Below are positions 39,236 to 52,739 of a stretch of 64,000 nucleotides of DNA, in pieces. This DNA is from Tubiluchus corallicola (lineage: Eukaryota; Animalia; Priapulida). The first letter of the stretch is position 1; every line of letters starts with the position of its first letter. The position numbers and the translations under genes were made by a program. The notes below the pieces were generated by a model. It had not been told where the DNA came from. It ran no database searches and saw only the letters and a list, made by a program, of their open reading frames with translations. Location of the stretch: positions 58,821 to 122,820 of the forward strand of contig JAQGDQ010000071.1 of NCBI GenBank assembly GCA_030141605.1, in the 5' to 3' direction.

Positions 39236-40429
39236 TTCAGGAAAAATTCGTTGCGGCATTCCTCACAAAAATGGAAAAGATTGCTTTCTATGGCGCATTT
39301 CACGTAGACGAATTTTGCCGCCAGCTAGAAGCTATGCATCCTCCCGACGAGGAAAATTGGAGCATGGTAGAAATACTACATGTTCAACTTTCGTGAGAAA
39401 TCCCCACGGAATTCGCACTGAAATTTAGTGCCTTCTTGTTTAATGAGAAAACATAAACACAATTTAGCGTAAAATTATAAGTTTTTAATCTCTCTTTTAA
39501 CATATGTACGATTTCTTGTTTAATTAATGCAACAGTGATAGCTACATTCGTTAAAAAAATAACGCACATATATATATAAAATAAATAACGATAAATAATA
39601 TTAATTAATTATTAGAAAATAACGCATATATGTATATATGTTATATATATATATTATTATGTATTATATGTTATAAAAACTTATAAGATGCCAAAATTCG
39701 GCACTTCAGGGTCATAAACAGCTTTGCTAGAGGGCGACGCATTCTTTAAAGGACAAGAAAAGAGGTGCCTGAAGCAGGTTTCAGAAAAACCGCCTTAAAA
39801 TTGTAACACTTAACAGCATTTTATGCATATATCGCACTCACGTTAAAAGTAATTTTTGTTTGTTTTCACTTTAAATCTCCCGCAATACTGTCCCGACGGC
39901 GCCATTACATGACGTCATATACGCAAACGGGGAAGAAAAGGCAATGTTAAATTATGTTCCAAAAAACTTTCAAATCTATATTACTTAGCATTTCGCTTAC
40001 CTGCTGGAAAGACTTAAATGTAATCAGAAATCATAATGTAAAATGTTCGTGCCACTTGGTAAAAGTCGCTGACTCACCCTCCAGGGTCCGCCACTCGCTA
40101 ACGAAAAAATTATTTTTAACATAATTGACAAGATACGGTAATTTAAAATTTTACTTAGCTAGTAACATGTGTGCTACGAATGCTCTGATTATTTTTTTCA
40201 AATTTTACGCAATGTTATCTAAACTTGTTTCAAACGACCAGCCATTAAAATGGCTGCGCCTAACGGACATCCTGGGAGTTTAAATTTACACGTTTTGTAC
40301 AGCGTTAAGGCCGATGCAAGCCTTGCATGCAAAAAGGCAGTATGTAAATGGTATAAAATTTCTAGACGAATTTTTTAAGCTTCGTGTAAGTGGATGACTT
40401 TTTCTTCTGCTTTAAAGTTTAATTTCTCT

Positions 40430-42644
40430 CATGCGGTTTTCGCGAGAAATGAACTTTCTTGCTGCTTGGGTTTTCGTGAAAATATCGAAAATGTTCTGAT
40501 TTTCTGACACCAAGTCCACATTTCCTTAGCGCATCCAGTGTGAAATGGGCCTTAGCTTTACCTAAACGTGTTTCAACTAATATGGAGAAAAAGTTAATGC
40601 TCAATTAAAGTCAATAATTATTACACGCACTTAAAATCATTTATAGTTAAAAAAACAACTTTATTAAAACTTTTGCATTAAAAACTTAAAATGATGCCGA
40701 ATGTTTCGACAGGTTACTGCTGTCATCATTCACAATCATGCAACCAAGTTTATATAGGCAGAGGCTACAGTATAGAACATTATGCACTAATTAAGTATTT
40801 AACAGAAGCCAAATAGGTAATGAATAAGCAGACCTGAAGAAAAGAAATTATGTAATCAATAAAGCAGCCTGGCTACCAAATTAGATTAGATTATTTATTC
40901 ACTCCAAAAATACAATTGTACATTTACATAAATAAGATATAATTACAATTAAAGATAACTAGCTAATGTTTAAAGAAGGCAGAAGCCACCAGGCATGAAT
41001 GCGCTTATGGTGGCCACTCCATGACATCAGTCGTTTCTGTTTAATTTACAAAAAGTATTAAAATCAATTGTAATTTCGAAATCATTTAGCGCATGCGTAG
41101 TGCGCTAAATTTAGTGCATGGCGCCCTACAGTATGAAATGGTTGTATACAGTATGTATTCAACAACTCCGCCATTTTAATTTGTAATGTATTCACGCTAC
41201 CGCCATACTAGCTGTGACGTAGCTGAGCTGCGTGCCGGTAGATGCGCAAACAGCGCTCCGTGGCTTTTCCCGCTGATACAAATAAGCTAATTACGCATTA
41301 ATTATGCAACGCAGTGCAAACCATTTTAAGCCAAATTACTGTCCGGTAATTCAGTTATAAAATAAATTTAATTCGATTTTCGTGATATTTCTCCTTTAAA
41401 TCAACTCTTTTATTCATCTGTCAAAGTTTTAGTAAAAAATCGAGTAAGGGAGGAGAGAGGTGTCAGTCAGAGGTTCGAATTCCAGGATAGCATGGCGGCC
41501 TTTAAATTCCGCATTATGATGAGCCATTTTGTATAGTTGTTCTTTAATGTAATTAATTACTTAAATAATGAATATCTCTTAATTACAAATGTTATCGTAA
41601 TTAGTAAACAATTGTTTATAAACTAACTGCATATACCTTTTGTAACAAGTCATCTAGCACACACAAATGTCACATAATAGAACACTACAATAACTCTGTA
41701 ACAAGTTTTATTTCCAGCACTGATAACAAAAAAGGGGGAACAAAATACACAAAACAACTAACTTAAATAATTAACATGGCACACATATATACTAGGCCAA
41801 GGAGCATCTGTGTCAGAAATCCAAGGTTGTAGTGACCTCCACACGCTTTCATACTGGCATTCCAGGTCAGCTGACTTCTCACACCACCTGTAGGCCCAAA
41901 CAAGACGTCTGGATGTACAAGGAAGAGGCGAGTCGCTGCTAATGTGGAAGCAGGGCGTACAGAGGGCGCTATACAGACCCGACAACAGGTGTCCCTGTAA
42001 AAATATTATCTTTATCATTTCATATCATTATAACAGTAAGACTTATATAAGTTATAAAAATGATTTATATACGTTTGTCTAGGCACCAAAATTATTTTCT
42101 AGGCGTGCAAATAGCTAGTCTTTTATTAAGATGCAGACCGCATTTTTTTAATATCAGCTCAAAGTCTTTCTGCAGTTTTGAACTTTCATTTATATTATGA
42201 AATCAGACACAATCAATCGATTCAATCACTGGTGTGTGTATTGTAACACTTTACTCTTCTAGCAGATGTTCAAATCTTTAGGCACATTTAATTAAACATT
42301 ATAAATCAGGTGAATCATTTAACACCTTCGCACTTTGTTTTACACCTGATGTTCAGATGCCAAACTTGCATGTTTGAATGGGGCGTTATCAATCAATACA
42401 AGTGCATTATAATTCACACCTTTGGGCCATTCTGTCATTCCAGAAACATCAAACTGCCAAAATTGGAAATCTTAATGCAAATATTTAGTCACATATTAGC
42501 ATCAGATGAATTATAGTTACACTTATATTAATAATGAAATGACATTGACACCTTTCAGTATACTTGATCCAAACCTATAGAACTTGAAGCAAAATCTAAA
42601 TTTTTATAATTAATTTAAAAAATAATTTAATTTAATTTAATTTA

Positions 42645-42705
<61 letters not shown>

Positions 42706-44419
42706 TCTTAATTTCTCTCTAGCCAATCAAAAGAAAAAGATCATTAAATATGCACAGAATACTAAATTAGGTTGGTGTTTGATTAAACAGGTAACAGAAG
42801 GAATGAGTCATTCATCTTATTTGATTCTATCTGACAATCTAACTGATCACACTGAATAGGTTTTTATGTATTTATTTATTTATTTTAATCTTTATGTCTA
42901 CTATACAAACCAGTAATTTTACATGACTTTAAATTACTCTAGTATAGCTCTATCGTTGCTTTGTAATCAGCAAAGGTTGAATAATTAATTACATTCGGAT
43001 TTCCATTTGGGAAGGAAATGTCTTTCAGCGCAACACAGATCAATACATAATTTTATAACAGAAGCTTAAAGGAAAGAACAAGTCACTCAGTATGATGGTT
43101 TATTTTACTGTTATCACTTAAACTTAGAAAAATATAACAAAGAAATTTGCAAAACAACTGTCTATGAAGCATAAATTTAAAATATACTGCTCTGTGAATA
43201 GAAATTTTCAAGTGTGATGGTTGCCTCCATTCAATTGAAAATCATGACATAACTGGGACGTTTTTGTGTTGAACATGGCTTCATTTTGTGGGGGTGTGGT
43301 TTGTTTTTGGTTTGTTGGGTGTTTGTTGTTGTGTTGTGGGTTTGTTTTTACTGCGCGATTTTTCGTAAGCGTGTCGTGCCTTTCCGTAAGCACGCGCTGC
43401 ATAAACTAATTCAAACTCCCGCAGCTTACCTAATGTTGACCGAAAAAAAATTCTACAAAGCCAGCTATCTAACTTTCTGTAAAAACTTTTTATACTTTTG
43501 ATGAAGATTGACAGTGCCCTGCTTTTCCTAAAAACGTGTGACGTCATTGTAAGAGGAATTCGCATTGAAAATGGGAGCGGCCGAGCATGAAATGCTCGCG
43601 ACTTTAAAGTGATTTTACTAATTACACGAGGCACTTGTAGCAATTCTATTACAAGATTTTTCGGGAACATTAAAATAAGCCTAACCTCCTAGAAACTTGG
43701 CCTTTCCTTTAAAGCAAAAACTGGTCCCAATCTTAAACTGAAGGTTAAAACAATCTACTCTTTAAAATATTGATAGGAAACGATATTTTTTCTAAAATGA
43801 CATACATGAAAGAATTATTACCACGCAAACACAATTTTACGTTATGGCCACTAATTCCTCATCGTAACATGCATTTTGCCATTGCTAGTTACACAATCAC
43901 TAGCCTTGCATTCCGGAAACGACAAAAACACGTACTGTACCGCTCAGTTCAGATGTATTAGTTTGCGACGAACTTCACATGTTCGACAGCTGATGCGTGA
44001 TTAAAGCGATAAATTTAAAATTTGAATTTTATCTTAAAACATTGGCCTCGCTCGCCGCTAATTAAGTTAGTAACCTTTTATTTAATTATCAGAAACGCTT
44101 TTGCAGTATTAATTGTGTTAAAATGTATTTCTTCGTTCTTGAAAGTGGGGCAGTAAGTGAAAAATGTCCTTGAGCTTAGACTATAATAATATTAGAAGCA
44201 AGTGGCACACAAAGTTGAAATTTCACAGTGAGGTACTCCAGCGTATTGGCTTTTGTTTGTGAAACCTGCAGCATTATAACTTTTGTAGATTTCAAGTTAT
44301 GGCCGAAGAGCTTAAAATTTATGTCAAAAAATGTCAACTAATCATCAATTGAAAAGCTCCCACGTTGACAAATTTCTCTTTCTCTCTGTGTCTCTCTTTC
44401 TCTTTCTCTTTCCTTTCTT

Positions 44420-44486
<67 letters not shown>

Positions 44487-44930
44487 ATTATTGTATTATA
44501 ATACCACAACCGTTATGATTACGGTGGCTCAACAACGCATTAAGAAGAAAGTAAACAAAAAGTATGGTCTTTGATTATGGCAGATGGCAGATTGAATGAA
44601 CATAAAGAAATGTATAAGCTTGGGGTTTTGAGGTAACAGAACAGAAGGTGTGATTCATCAATTAAATATTGATGAAATCTCAATCAGTGAGTTGAAAGCT
44701 TGCGAAGAAACAAAGGACGGTGTTAGTCACGTATCTGACTCGTCTGATTTATTATTGAAACTTGATTAAATATTCACTGAAATTCTAATTAAATTAATGT
44801 AATTCACCTGCGTTAAAACAAAAGGTAAATGTGTTACTCTGAATATGTCTCCATTTATTGACTAAGGTTTAGAATTAACACCCCCAAACACACACCAAAC
44901 CCCCAAAACATCAATTAACTAATCAATTGA
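40430..44930 (+). repeat. Local duplication unit, copy B (joins the 34.2-36.3 kb and 12.3-17.6 kb paralogous blocks)
   Basis: 40430-42570 matches 34240-36260; 42200-44930 matches 12300-17555 minus the LINE; includes a Kolobok-like copy starting at 43070. Confidence 0.9.
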
Positions 44931-47051
44931 ACATTATCATACAGAAACACAAAATTAATAAAAGCAAATTATAGCATTAATAAAAACTAAATACTTTCAT
45001 TTAGTGGCTCTTAGTACGTAGAAACACTTCCAGTTCCAGTGTCTGTTACAATTGCAGGAAAAATAGATTCAGCTTCCTGAATTTGCATAACTTTTCTTTA
45101 CTTCAAACAAATATTGTGTGAAACCTATTAATGATGCATCGGTTCTTCTTTTTCCTGTATAACGTAATACAGTGTTAATACTTTTACATAATTTTTTATA
45201 AATTAGCATTTTGGTGGCAGAGGCCACTTAATGATGGATATCTTTTTTTCTTGACTTTTAGAATCAAATTCGTAGTTAGAAGAATCTAAGAAATGGAGTT
45301 CGAAGATCAAAAACAAGAATGGAAATTTGTGGAGAAATCAGGTATAGGGTGCCAAAATGGGAATGGGAATCTTTTGCCTGGTTCTTTTTTTAAAAAACTT
45401 GACCAAACCACCACGTACAGAAAAAACAATTGTGAAGCACTTTGTGGAGGTCTCGGAAAGATTTTTAGTACTTCTTTGTTTATTATCTCCACCTTGACAA
45501 ACAACTAGGAGTTGCTCCAAGCTCCATTTCCACAGATTCAGGCTTGTAAAACTGTGTAACGTTGTCTATTTGATTATTAGTGTGAATAGCGCATTGGTAT
45601 GTCTATATATATATATTTGTCAGTCAATTACCATTGCCAAAATTAATTGTTAAAAAGAGAAGATAAACACTATGTGGAATGTTCGTGCATTATTGATTAT
45701 AAATTGAGTATTTTGCTAGTTTATATAATACCAGTACTGGTACATTCTTGTACGTTTGCTTGTTTATCTTTGTGTTACGTTTTTTAATAAAAAAATCAAA
45801 CGAAGAAGTTTAAGATTGTTCGGCATTGGAGAAAATGTCTGTTTCCTACTTAGTGCTTTCTATATGTAGTTTCATTACATGCATTATATGTAGTTTACTT
45901 TATAAATGAAAAATTATACTTTTAGGGATATAATGAGTTCCACAAGCAATGGAAAATTTCTGTGGTTTAACAAGCGTTTAAACAATAATAGCAGCCAACC
46001 AGAATGTTCTAAGCTAAAAAGTTATGAATTGTGTTAGAAAGCATCGTGCTCAATACTGAGAATTCGTTGCTGACTGTACAGCTTTTCTCTAATTGTCGTA
46101 CTTATAATGAGAAGGTTGCCCATATGTAGGGCACGGAAAGAATAATGGGTGACAGGAAACGCAATTTTTACGTAAAATTATTATGTTTTCTGTGGTTTCA
46201 AGTAATTACCAGTATTTAAGTGAATTATTTTGTGAATTCAATAATCTGTGTGAAACAGTCGAGCAAAACGAGAGATTCTGAACCGAAATGAGTCAAAATA
46301 ATAAGAAATTAACATTATTAAATGAGGTTTGTATTACATTACTGAGTTTCGGAAGTATGAGCTGTTGCAGTAAAGAACAGTGTGAACTAAAACTATACAG
46401 AGTGCCTGCACATTCATCCAACACAAGATTACGAGAATCATTTTACCACAAAATTAACGTTTGTGATTCATCCGCTATTAATTATTTAAATGAAAACAAA
46501 TTAGCCTGACAAATGCCAAAAATCGCTAAATTAATTTAGAATCTAACGCACCACAAACACTTGAGAACTGCTTCACTATTTACTTTACACTGTACCAGAT
46601 AAGCAGAGTAAGCCACTTATCAGCACAACAAAGGCAAGACTAATCCAACTATCTCATTAGCGAATGTATGACCTAACAATCAACAATCAATGGCTAACCA
46701 TTTTCAAGTATCTATAAACAGTGTCATAAATGTAAGCAAATTTGATTGCAAGATCATGTTAATGTAAGACATTGGATTGACAAACTTGGCGCAAGAGAAA
46801 GCTGTACTACTTTAGAAACCAGCTTAACTAAAACTACAACTAAATTGATCTGTGGATTCCAGTCATTACATTTAAATAACAGGCAATGAACCAATATATT
46901 TCCTGCCAGACAAAATAAAAAATATTTAGTTTTGTCTTTAATTTTACTTTTTTCAACGTTTCTGTAAAATTGGATTTGATTTTTATGCATTTTCTTTGAT
47001 AATTTGTTGGAATATTCACAGTTTTTGAAAAATGGGCGTTGTCACTTGCTG

Positions 47052-48268
47052 TACTGCCTGTTTACCCTTTCTTAAACCAATAACATGAAACAAAGGCTTT
47101 TTTCTAGAAAGCCTCGTGTAAAATGCGCTAAAATTTCGCGCTAAAATTTTTCGTCATTTCCCATAATACCGCAAAAGACAATGTAATGAGTAATTTTGCG
47201 GAAGCAAGTTTTGCGGTTGTATAAACGTGCGGACAAAAAATCTGTATACGTGTATCAGCGTGAACACAGAATTTAATTTTGGAAAGGCGACTTTAATGTA
47301 TTTTTTACGAAAAAAATGTCACGTAACAATAATCCTAGTAGTTTCATACTTATAATAGACTGATTATTGAGCAACAAAGTAAAGAGAACAAAAAAGACAT
47401 TGATCCTGAATCACAGGTTGGAATGACTCAGACACGCAGTAGGGACGATAATACCAAAAAAACACAATATTAACAAAAGCACAATGATAACGAAAGCACA
47501 ATATTAATATGGATAATTTTGTTCGTTATTTGCTTTTTTATTTTTTATTAACGTAGTAATATTTAATTTCACTTGTCACAGTAATAGTAATACTAATTAA
47601 TTTATTTCATCAATACATGAGAATGGTGAAACCTTAGCGCAATTTCCAATTGAAGCCAAGCAAAGATTAACATAATTAGCAAAATAACGCAACAATATAT
47701 TTTTTGTAGTGCAAATGTTTTTGTGTTTTTTCCCTTCCCAGGTGAAGTGGTTCTCGCGCTGAAAATCACATTTGTTGCACTGATCGCAGCTTGTAGTGGT
47801 CATTCCAATTTTTATCGCAAGAGGGAGCCACGAGTTTAGCTTCGTCATTTTCGCGCATTCTCGCGAGTAGCCAAATATGTCGTGAACTTTGTTAAAGTCC
47901 AACAAGGGATAATTATAATGTGCCTGTACATTAATCTATCCAGTCAACACTAGTTTTTTTAAACAAAATGTGATTAGTGCACTGATACTTGCTATAATTA
48001 TCTGTTTTGGTCAGTTTTGCAGTTGAAGCTTGACTTTTGCGTTTGCGGTTGTTTTTCATCAGATGTAATTACACTGATGTAATGAAAGATTTGTATATTT
48101 GTTCTGGAGTTGGATATCATTTTGTGATTTGGTTTGAGTGAACTTTTACTGATTTCTCATGAAAAAACAAAATTCGTGACATGGAGGAACGATCCAGATG
48201 GATTATCTACTCGGATGAAAAGTAAACCGTAAGTTGAATCAGCCATTTACCTTGTCGACTCGACCTTG
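47052..48268 (-). mobile_element. Second copy (one arm plus one satellite monomer) of the foldback element
   Basis: Reverse complement of ~24988-26100; ends CTTGTCGACTCGACCTTG. Confidence 0.8.
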
Positions 48269-48668
48269 GCTAGTCTTATAACTTAACGTCTAAAAGTGTA
48301 GTGGTTTCACGCATGTATAACCCCTTGCCGTTTGTAACAATCGGATTTGCTATTTGTGTTCCGGAATCGTTTATGACCCACCTTTAAATACCTAAATAGA
48401 AAACCCGTATCTTCTATGTCAATAATACTCCTCTATAATTATAAGCTGGGTAATAAAGTATTATGACACGTTTTCGTAAAAGGCAAATAATAATATTCTG
48501 ATTCTGATACTTGTGATACTGTGAGTCATTAGGTGAGACTAACTTATTTACAGTATCAGCTCGATTGAAACAATATCTCATGTAAACATTAGTTTACATC
48601 TTTTCGAAATTAAGATTCTTGATTTAGCCGTCTAAACTTTCGCCATATGAAGAAACAGCATACAATAC

Positions 48669-48947
48669 CCATTTCTTTTCATTGTATTGAAATCCCAAGT
48701 CGTAAAATGCAAGATTGTAGTTATCTCTCCAAAGATGCTGATTGAGGCTCTTTATTGGGCCCTCCCCTTCTGGGTAATGTGATTTATCAAAAGCAGTAGC
48801 AATCACAGGTCGTCTTTTTGTTTCACCAAAAGATGTCTCTTTAGCTATCTCATTGCTGATGTACTTTTACACTGTAGGAAATGCTTTGTCTACTGGACGC
48901 AGTCCATCTTGTCTGGTAAACCAGGTTGTCTGGTTAACTTGAGCATT
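48669..48947 (-). pseudogene. Decayed DUF1647-like exon
   Basis: Minus strand reads ...PTV*KYISNEIAKETSFGETKRRPVIATAFDKSHYPEGEGPIKSLNQHLWRDNYNLAFYDLGFQYNEKKW|GTATTG, matching the DUF1647 pattern (VTAxxxxH...E...IxS...YDLG) as I recall it; in-frame TAA at 48869-48867; cut at 48948 by an insertion. Confidence 0.6.
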
Positions 48948-50175
48948 TGTAATGGTACTGTGCTGTTACCCAAACTTATGAAATTTTAGTACAATCGCTA
49001 ATTAGGCAATTAATGTTAATTAATTAATTCCCCGACTACGGGAGCTTCGGCTGGGTCGGAATGGCGATGACGAATACCAGAGCGACCTCAGACCACGAAA
49101 TACACGTTGCGTATCTGTATCTCCCTAGTTTACTAGCTGGGGTGCGCAATAAGCCGCTTCAATGTGAATAGGATCCGTGCTAGGTTCGTGCAACAGATAG
49201 CGTCTATACGAATTTGCAAGACTTCTAAATAGTACTAGACAGTAAAAATCAATGTGAACACACTATTAATAGCTGTATACAAGGTTTATTAATTAGACAA
49301 GTTCGATAACCTAATGGTTTGACAATAACAATCTTAAATAGGTCCACGCATATTGCGTTTACAAACATTCAGCAAAATTCACGACTGTGGTGCCGCGGTA
49401 CAATTCACTATGGTCATATACAATTCAAAGACAACTGTTCCTTTAATCAATAAAATACAATCGCCTACAGTTAAGTACAAAGTTCTTGATAACAAATATA
49501 CAATGAATAAGATTACTTAACTCGGGGACTGGCCAATTTTACGAGTTCCTTCAATCGGCCAAGTCCTGTTGCTATCATGAGCCGTTCTGAGCTTCAGAGG
49601 TTGGTATACCAACGACGCAGATGTTCACTTCACACTGAGCAAAATAACGATTTCCTACCTTCAGAGTTCCTGGCTGAGAATCCACCCCTTCACCTTCTTG
49701 ACATCAACCAAAATCAAGACAACAGCAGCCTCGATTCTTGTCGTAATCCCCTTATGAATACCTCTGGTCACGTGACCAGACACACTCCGTGGCTGGTCAT
49801 CAGAGCATTCTGACTCCTGAGCGCTCTACTGATTTGACCATCTAGGCATCTCGACTTTTAGTGCTTCGATACCTTTTGCTATTAGTGGGACAAGGCCTCA
49901 TAATGTCACTGTTCCAAAATTCATAGCCCTACTTTCACCCCTCATTAACGTTTACTAAAATTGGCCCGGAGTTTGCCTCTTGTCCACATGGTAGAGTTCG
50001 TTTTCCTAATCATGAACAATGGGGTACCACCTGTTAATTAGCTAGGCTGCCCCTGCCCCGTTAACGAGCTTCAAACTACCTCTCAAGTTCACACACTTCC
50101 GAATTAATATAGGCCAACTGCCTCTTAAATTTCATGGAGTTCATCCTGTAGTTATATCTTAATCTGCTTATTACT
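48948..50175. mobile_element. Probable solo LTR (~1.2 kb) inserted into the DUF1647-like exon
   Basis: TGTAAT...ATTAC(T) near-inverted ends, non-coding, AATAAA on the minus strand (~49285); TSD degenerate (GCATT/TTATT). Confidence 0.4.
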
Positions 50176-50514
50176 TTATTTTCCATTATTAATCAGTTGT
50201 CCGAAATGTTTTCATACGCACATTAAATGCAAGATATAAGCTGGGTGAGTCATTTTCTCTGTAAAGAATAATCTTCGCTCAGATGCTAATTATTTATTAA
50301 TTGATTTAAATTTTATCTCTAAATGAATGATTTAACATTCTAAGATAAATTCATAACATTATAGTTCCGCATGCTTTTTGTCAGTAGGCGCAGATTAGAG
50401 CAAGGCTAAAATATATCATTAAACATAACGCATTCCAGTAGATCAGAGAACGCATTGTGTGAGTCTATCGCAGATAGTTTTCTTACAAATCAGAATCCCG
50501 ACTGGTTGACATTA

Positions 50515-51028
50515 ATGTTAAATATGAATACAATTACCAAATTTCTGATTTTCGGCATTCTCTGTGCCATTACAGGCTTTATGGCACATTTCCTGCCAAT
50601 CTTCACTATTATGATGAAAGTGCGCAATAATTATAAGTTATCAGAGCAAGACTTCAACCCGCAAATGCTGCCAAGACATTTTCCCGCATTTATTCACATG
50701 GGCCCACCAGGAACAAAGTTCAGTTTTAATTTCAGTGGCCCGCGCACACGATTGTGTTTCTGCACATTCAGAAAACCGGAGGTAGCACTTTTGGGCGTCA
50801 CTTGGTTGTGGATACTGACATACCCAAACCATGCAAATGTGACAGGTACAGTACAGGATCAGATTCTATGCACTGTAACTGCCGTCGTCCAAATTCTCAA
50901 AGAAAGACATGGTTGTTTAGTCGGTTTACTACTGGATGGCCATGTGGGGTACACGCAGACTGGACAGAGCTTGTTGCATGTGTAGATGATGCATTGAATA
51001 AAAACGAAAAAGCTGTTGGCAACAGAAG
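50515..51028 (+). CDS. HS6ST: HS6ST exon 1: type II membrane anchor, stem and 5'-PSB loop (frameshift at ~50743)
   Basis: MLNMNTITKFLIFGILCAITGFMAHFLPIFTIMM...KFSFNFSGP / HTIVFLHIQKTGGSTFGRHLV...CNCRRPN...WLFSRFTTGWPCGVHADWTELVACV; donor AG|GTAAGA at 51028/51029, phase 2. Alternative ATG at 50524. Confidence 0.92.
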
Positions 51029-51569
51029 GTAAGAGCATATTTTACCATTTCTAAAAAAAATGTTAGAACTTCTCATTGGTTTTGTTTTTTGAATTTTGAA
51101 GTATTGAATTACTCTCGCACTAATAATATTAAATGTTTAGTCTGGTATTGTACACAAATAAAGTATGGAAGACAATGCTTTCATAGTTATTAATAGCGTG
51201 ATAAAAATAGTCTTGTATTACAGCGGAATACTTTACAAACATCACACAATGTCTAGCGTCTATTGTTTTCATGCCAAACGAACTAACTATGGCTGAGCTC
51301 CATGACCTCACAGTATATGAACGCGATGTTACGACTATGACTTAAACTCCAACACATCCTCCTAGTCATTAACAAAATGCATTACGTAAAATGACTTGCA
51401 TCGAACAAAATCAAAAATTAATGTCATTAAAAAATTTCAATGTGTGAATGAAGCTTAGCCTTAACACAGAAGCTAAAACTGCGCAAACTAGAACCCTAGT
51501 TACATTGCATTGGTAAAAAGTTTTTCAAGCATTAAACTAAATTAACTAAGAAATTCAATGTTGAATTTT

Positions 51570-52680
51570 AGTATGCATACAAATAATTAAATCTTTTTGC
51601 GTAGCTTTGAGTCAGACATGAATTAAGCCCAAAACAACTATATCTCATATATCGTGGAAAACGAGTTGGTCTCTTGGATCTTCTTGGGAGTGGACATTCA
51701 GGTTTTGGCAACTTACTATCGCTGTTCTGTCGGTCAGTATGCAATTGCAAAACAGGCTGATTATTCTCATCACATTTTTCAACATTTTGGTGATGGGACG
51801 TCACATCCAGTATAGTTGGGAGATTACCATCTTACTTTCTATAACGATGATGATGATGGTTCGAAAAACACATAGCGTTTCCTTAGAAACTATGTCAAGA
51901 CTCGTCCAGTGCCATCAATATTGGCACAAAAACGTCAATCGGAAACAATTTCAACTACAGTTCCATTCATGTCCCACTTAGTGGTTTGGTGATTTATACA
52001 AGAACTTGAGTGCCTATCTGGAGAAGAGGCAATGGCTTAGTATGTGCATTATACCTTTCTCCCACTTTCTGTCGAATACTGGAATGCTTCCATTCTGCCA
52101 CCTCCGTGGAAATTTGCCATTCTCTGAAGCACATCTTATACCGGTCGTCCAAACAATATCTGTGCTGGGCTTCTACCATTAGCTCTCCGTGTATTCCTAT
52201 GTTGCCAAAGTGCTTTTGACATGTTTATAGTTGTCCATTGACTTGCGTTGACTATTATTAGGCCCTGCTAATCAGTTTTTTTCATGGCGTTGACCGCTGC
52301 CTCAGCCTTGCAATTAGATTGTCGATGATACGGAGAAGAAGTTCTACTTTCAACATCCCAGTTCTTTAAGAAATCATAGATTGCTTAGATAAGAATTCTG
52401 GCCCTCGTAAGACCATACAGTGGAACAAACACGCCAAACACTTGACAAGTATAGATGCATCTCCACACTTCCCTAGCTGGAACACAGTAGGCCAGGTACT
52501 GTAGTTGCCAAAGACAACCGAAATTTATGTCCAGCATAGTTAGCAAAATCTACCGAAATTTGCTCAAATGGTTTCACAGGTTGGGGATAGCGTTTTACCT
52601 TTGGCGGAGATGCCTGAGAAGGAAGATCACGCTGACATTCATTACAGGAATGGACAACATTTTCTATGTCATAAGCTATT
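51570..52680 (-). mobile_element. Gypsy-type LTR retrotransposon integrase remnant
   Basis: DFLKNWDVESRTSSPYHRQSNCKAEAAVNAMKK (rve core), YNAHTKPLPLLQIGTQVLV and PRRSKRPTRFPRY. Confidence 0.8.
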
Positions 52681-52739
52681 TGCGGTCAATATTTGTTTAT
52701 TTATTTATTTATTTAACCATTAAGAAAAGAAATTATAGG

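Noticed and set aside
45262-45520. Exon-like ORF MEFEDQKQEWKFVEKS...
   Set aside because: No recognisable host motif or partner exons; fragments (WKFV, TTTYRK) look more like a decayed RTE-type LINE 3' end, too weak to call.
48624-48806. FYDLG as a galactose-3-O-sulfotransferase motif
   Set aside because: The upstream context (VIATA...H...E...IKS) fits DUF1647 and there are no PAPS-binding motifs.
50455-50985. 176-aa ORF as a separate membrane protein
   Set aside because: Its first half is the HS6ST anchor and stem; the rest is out-of-frame read-through past the frameshift.
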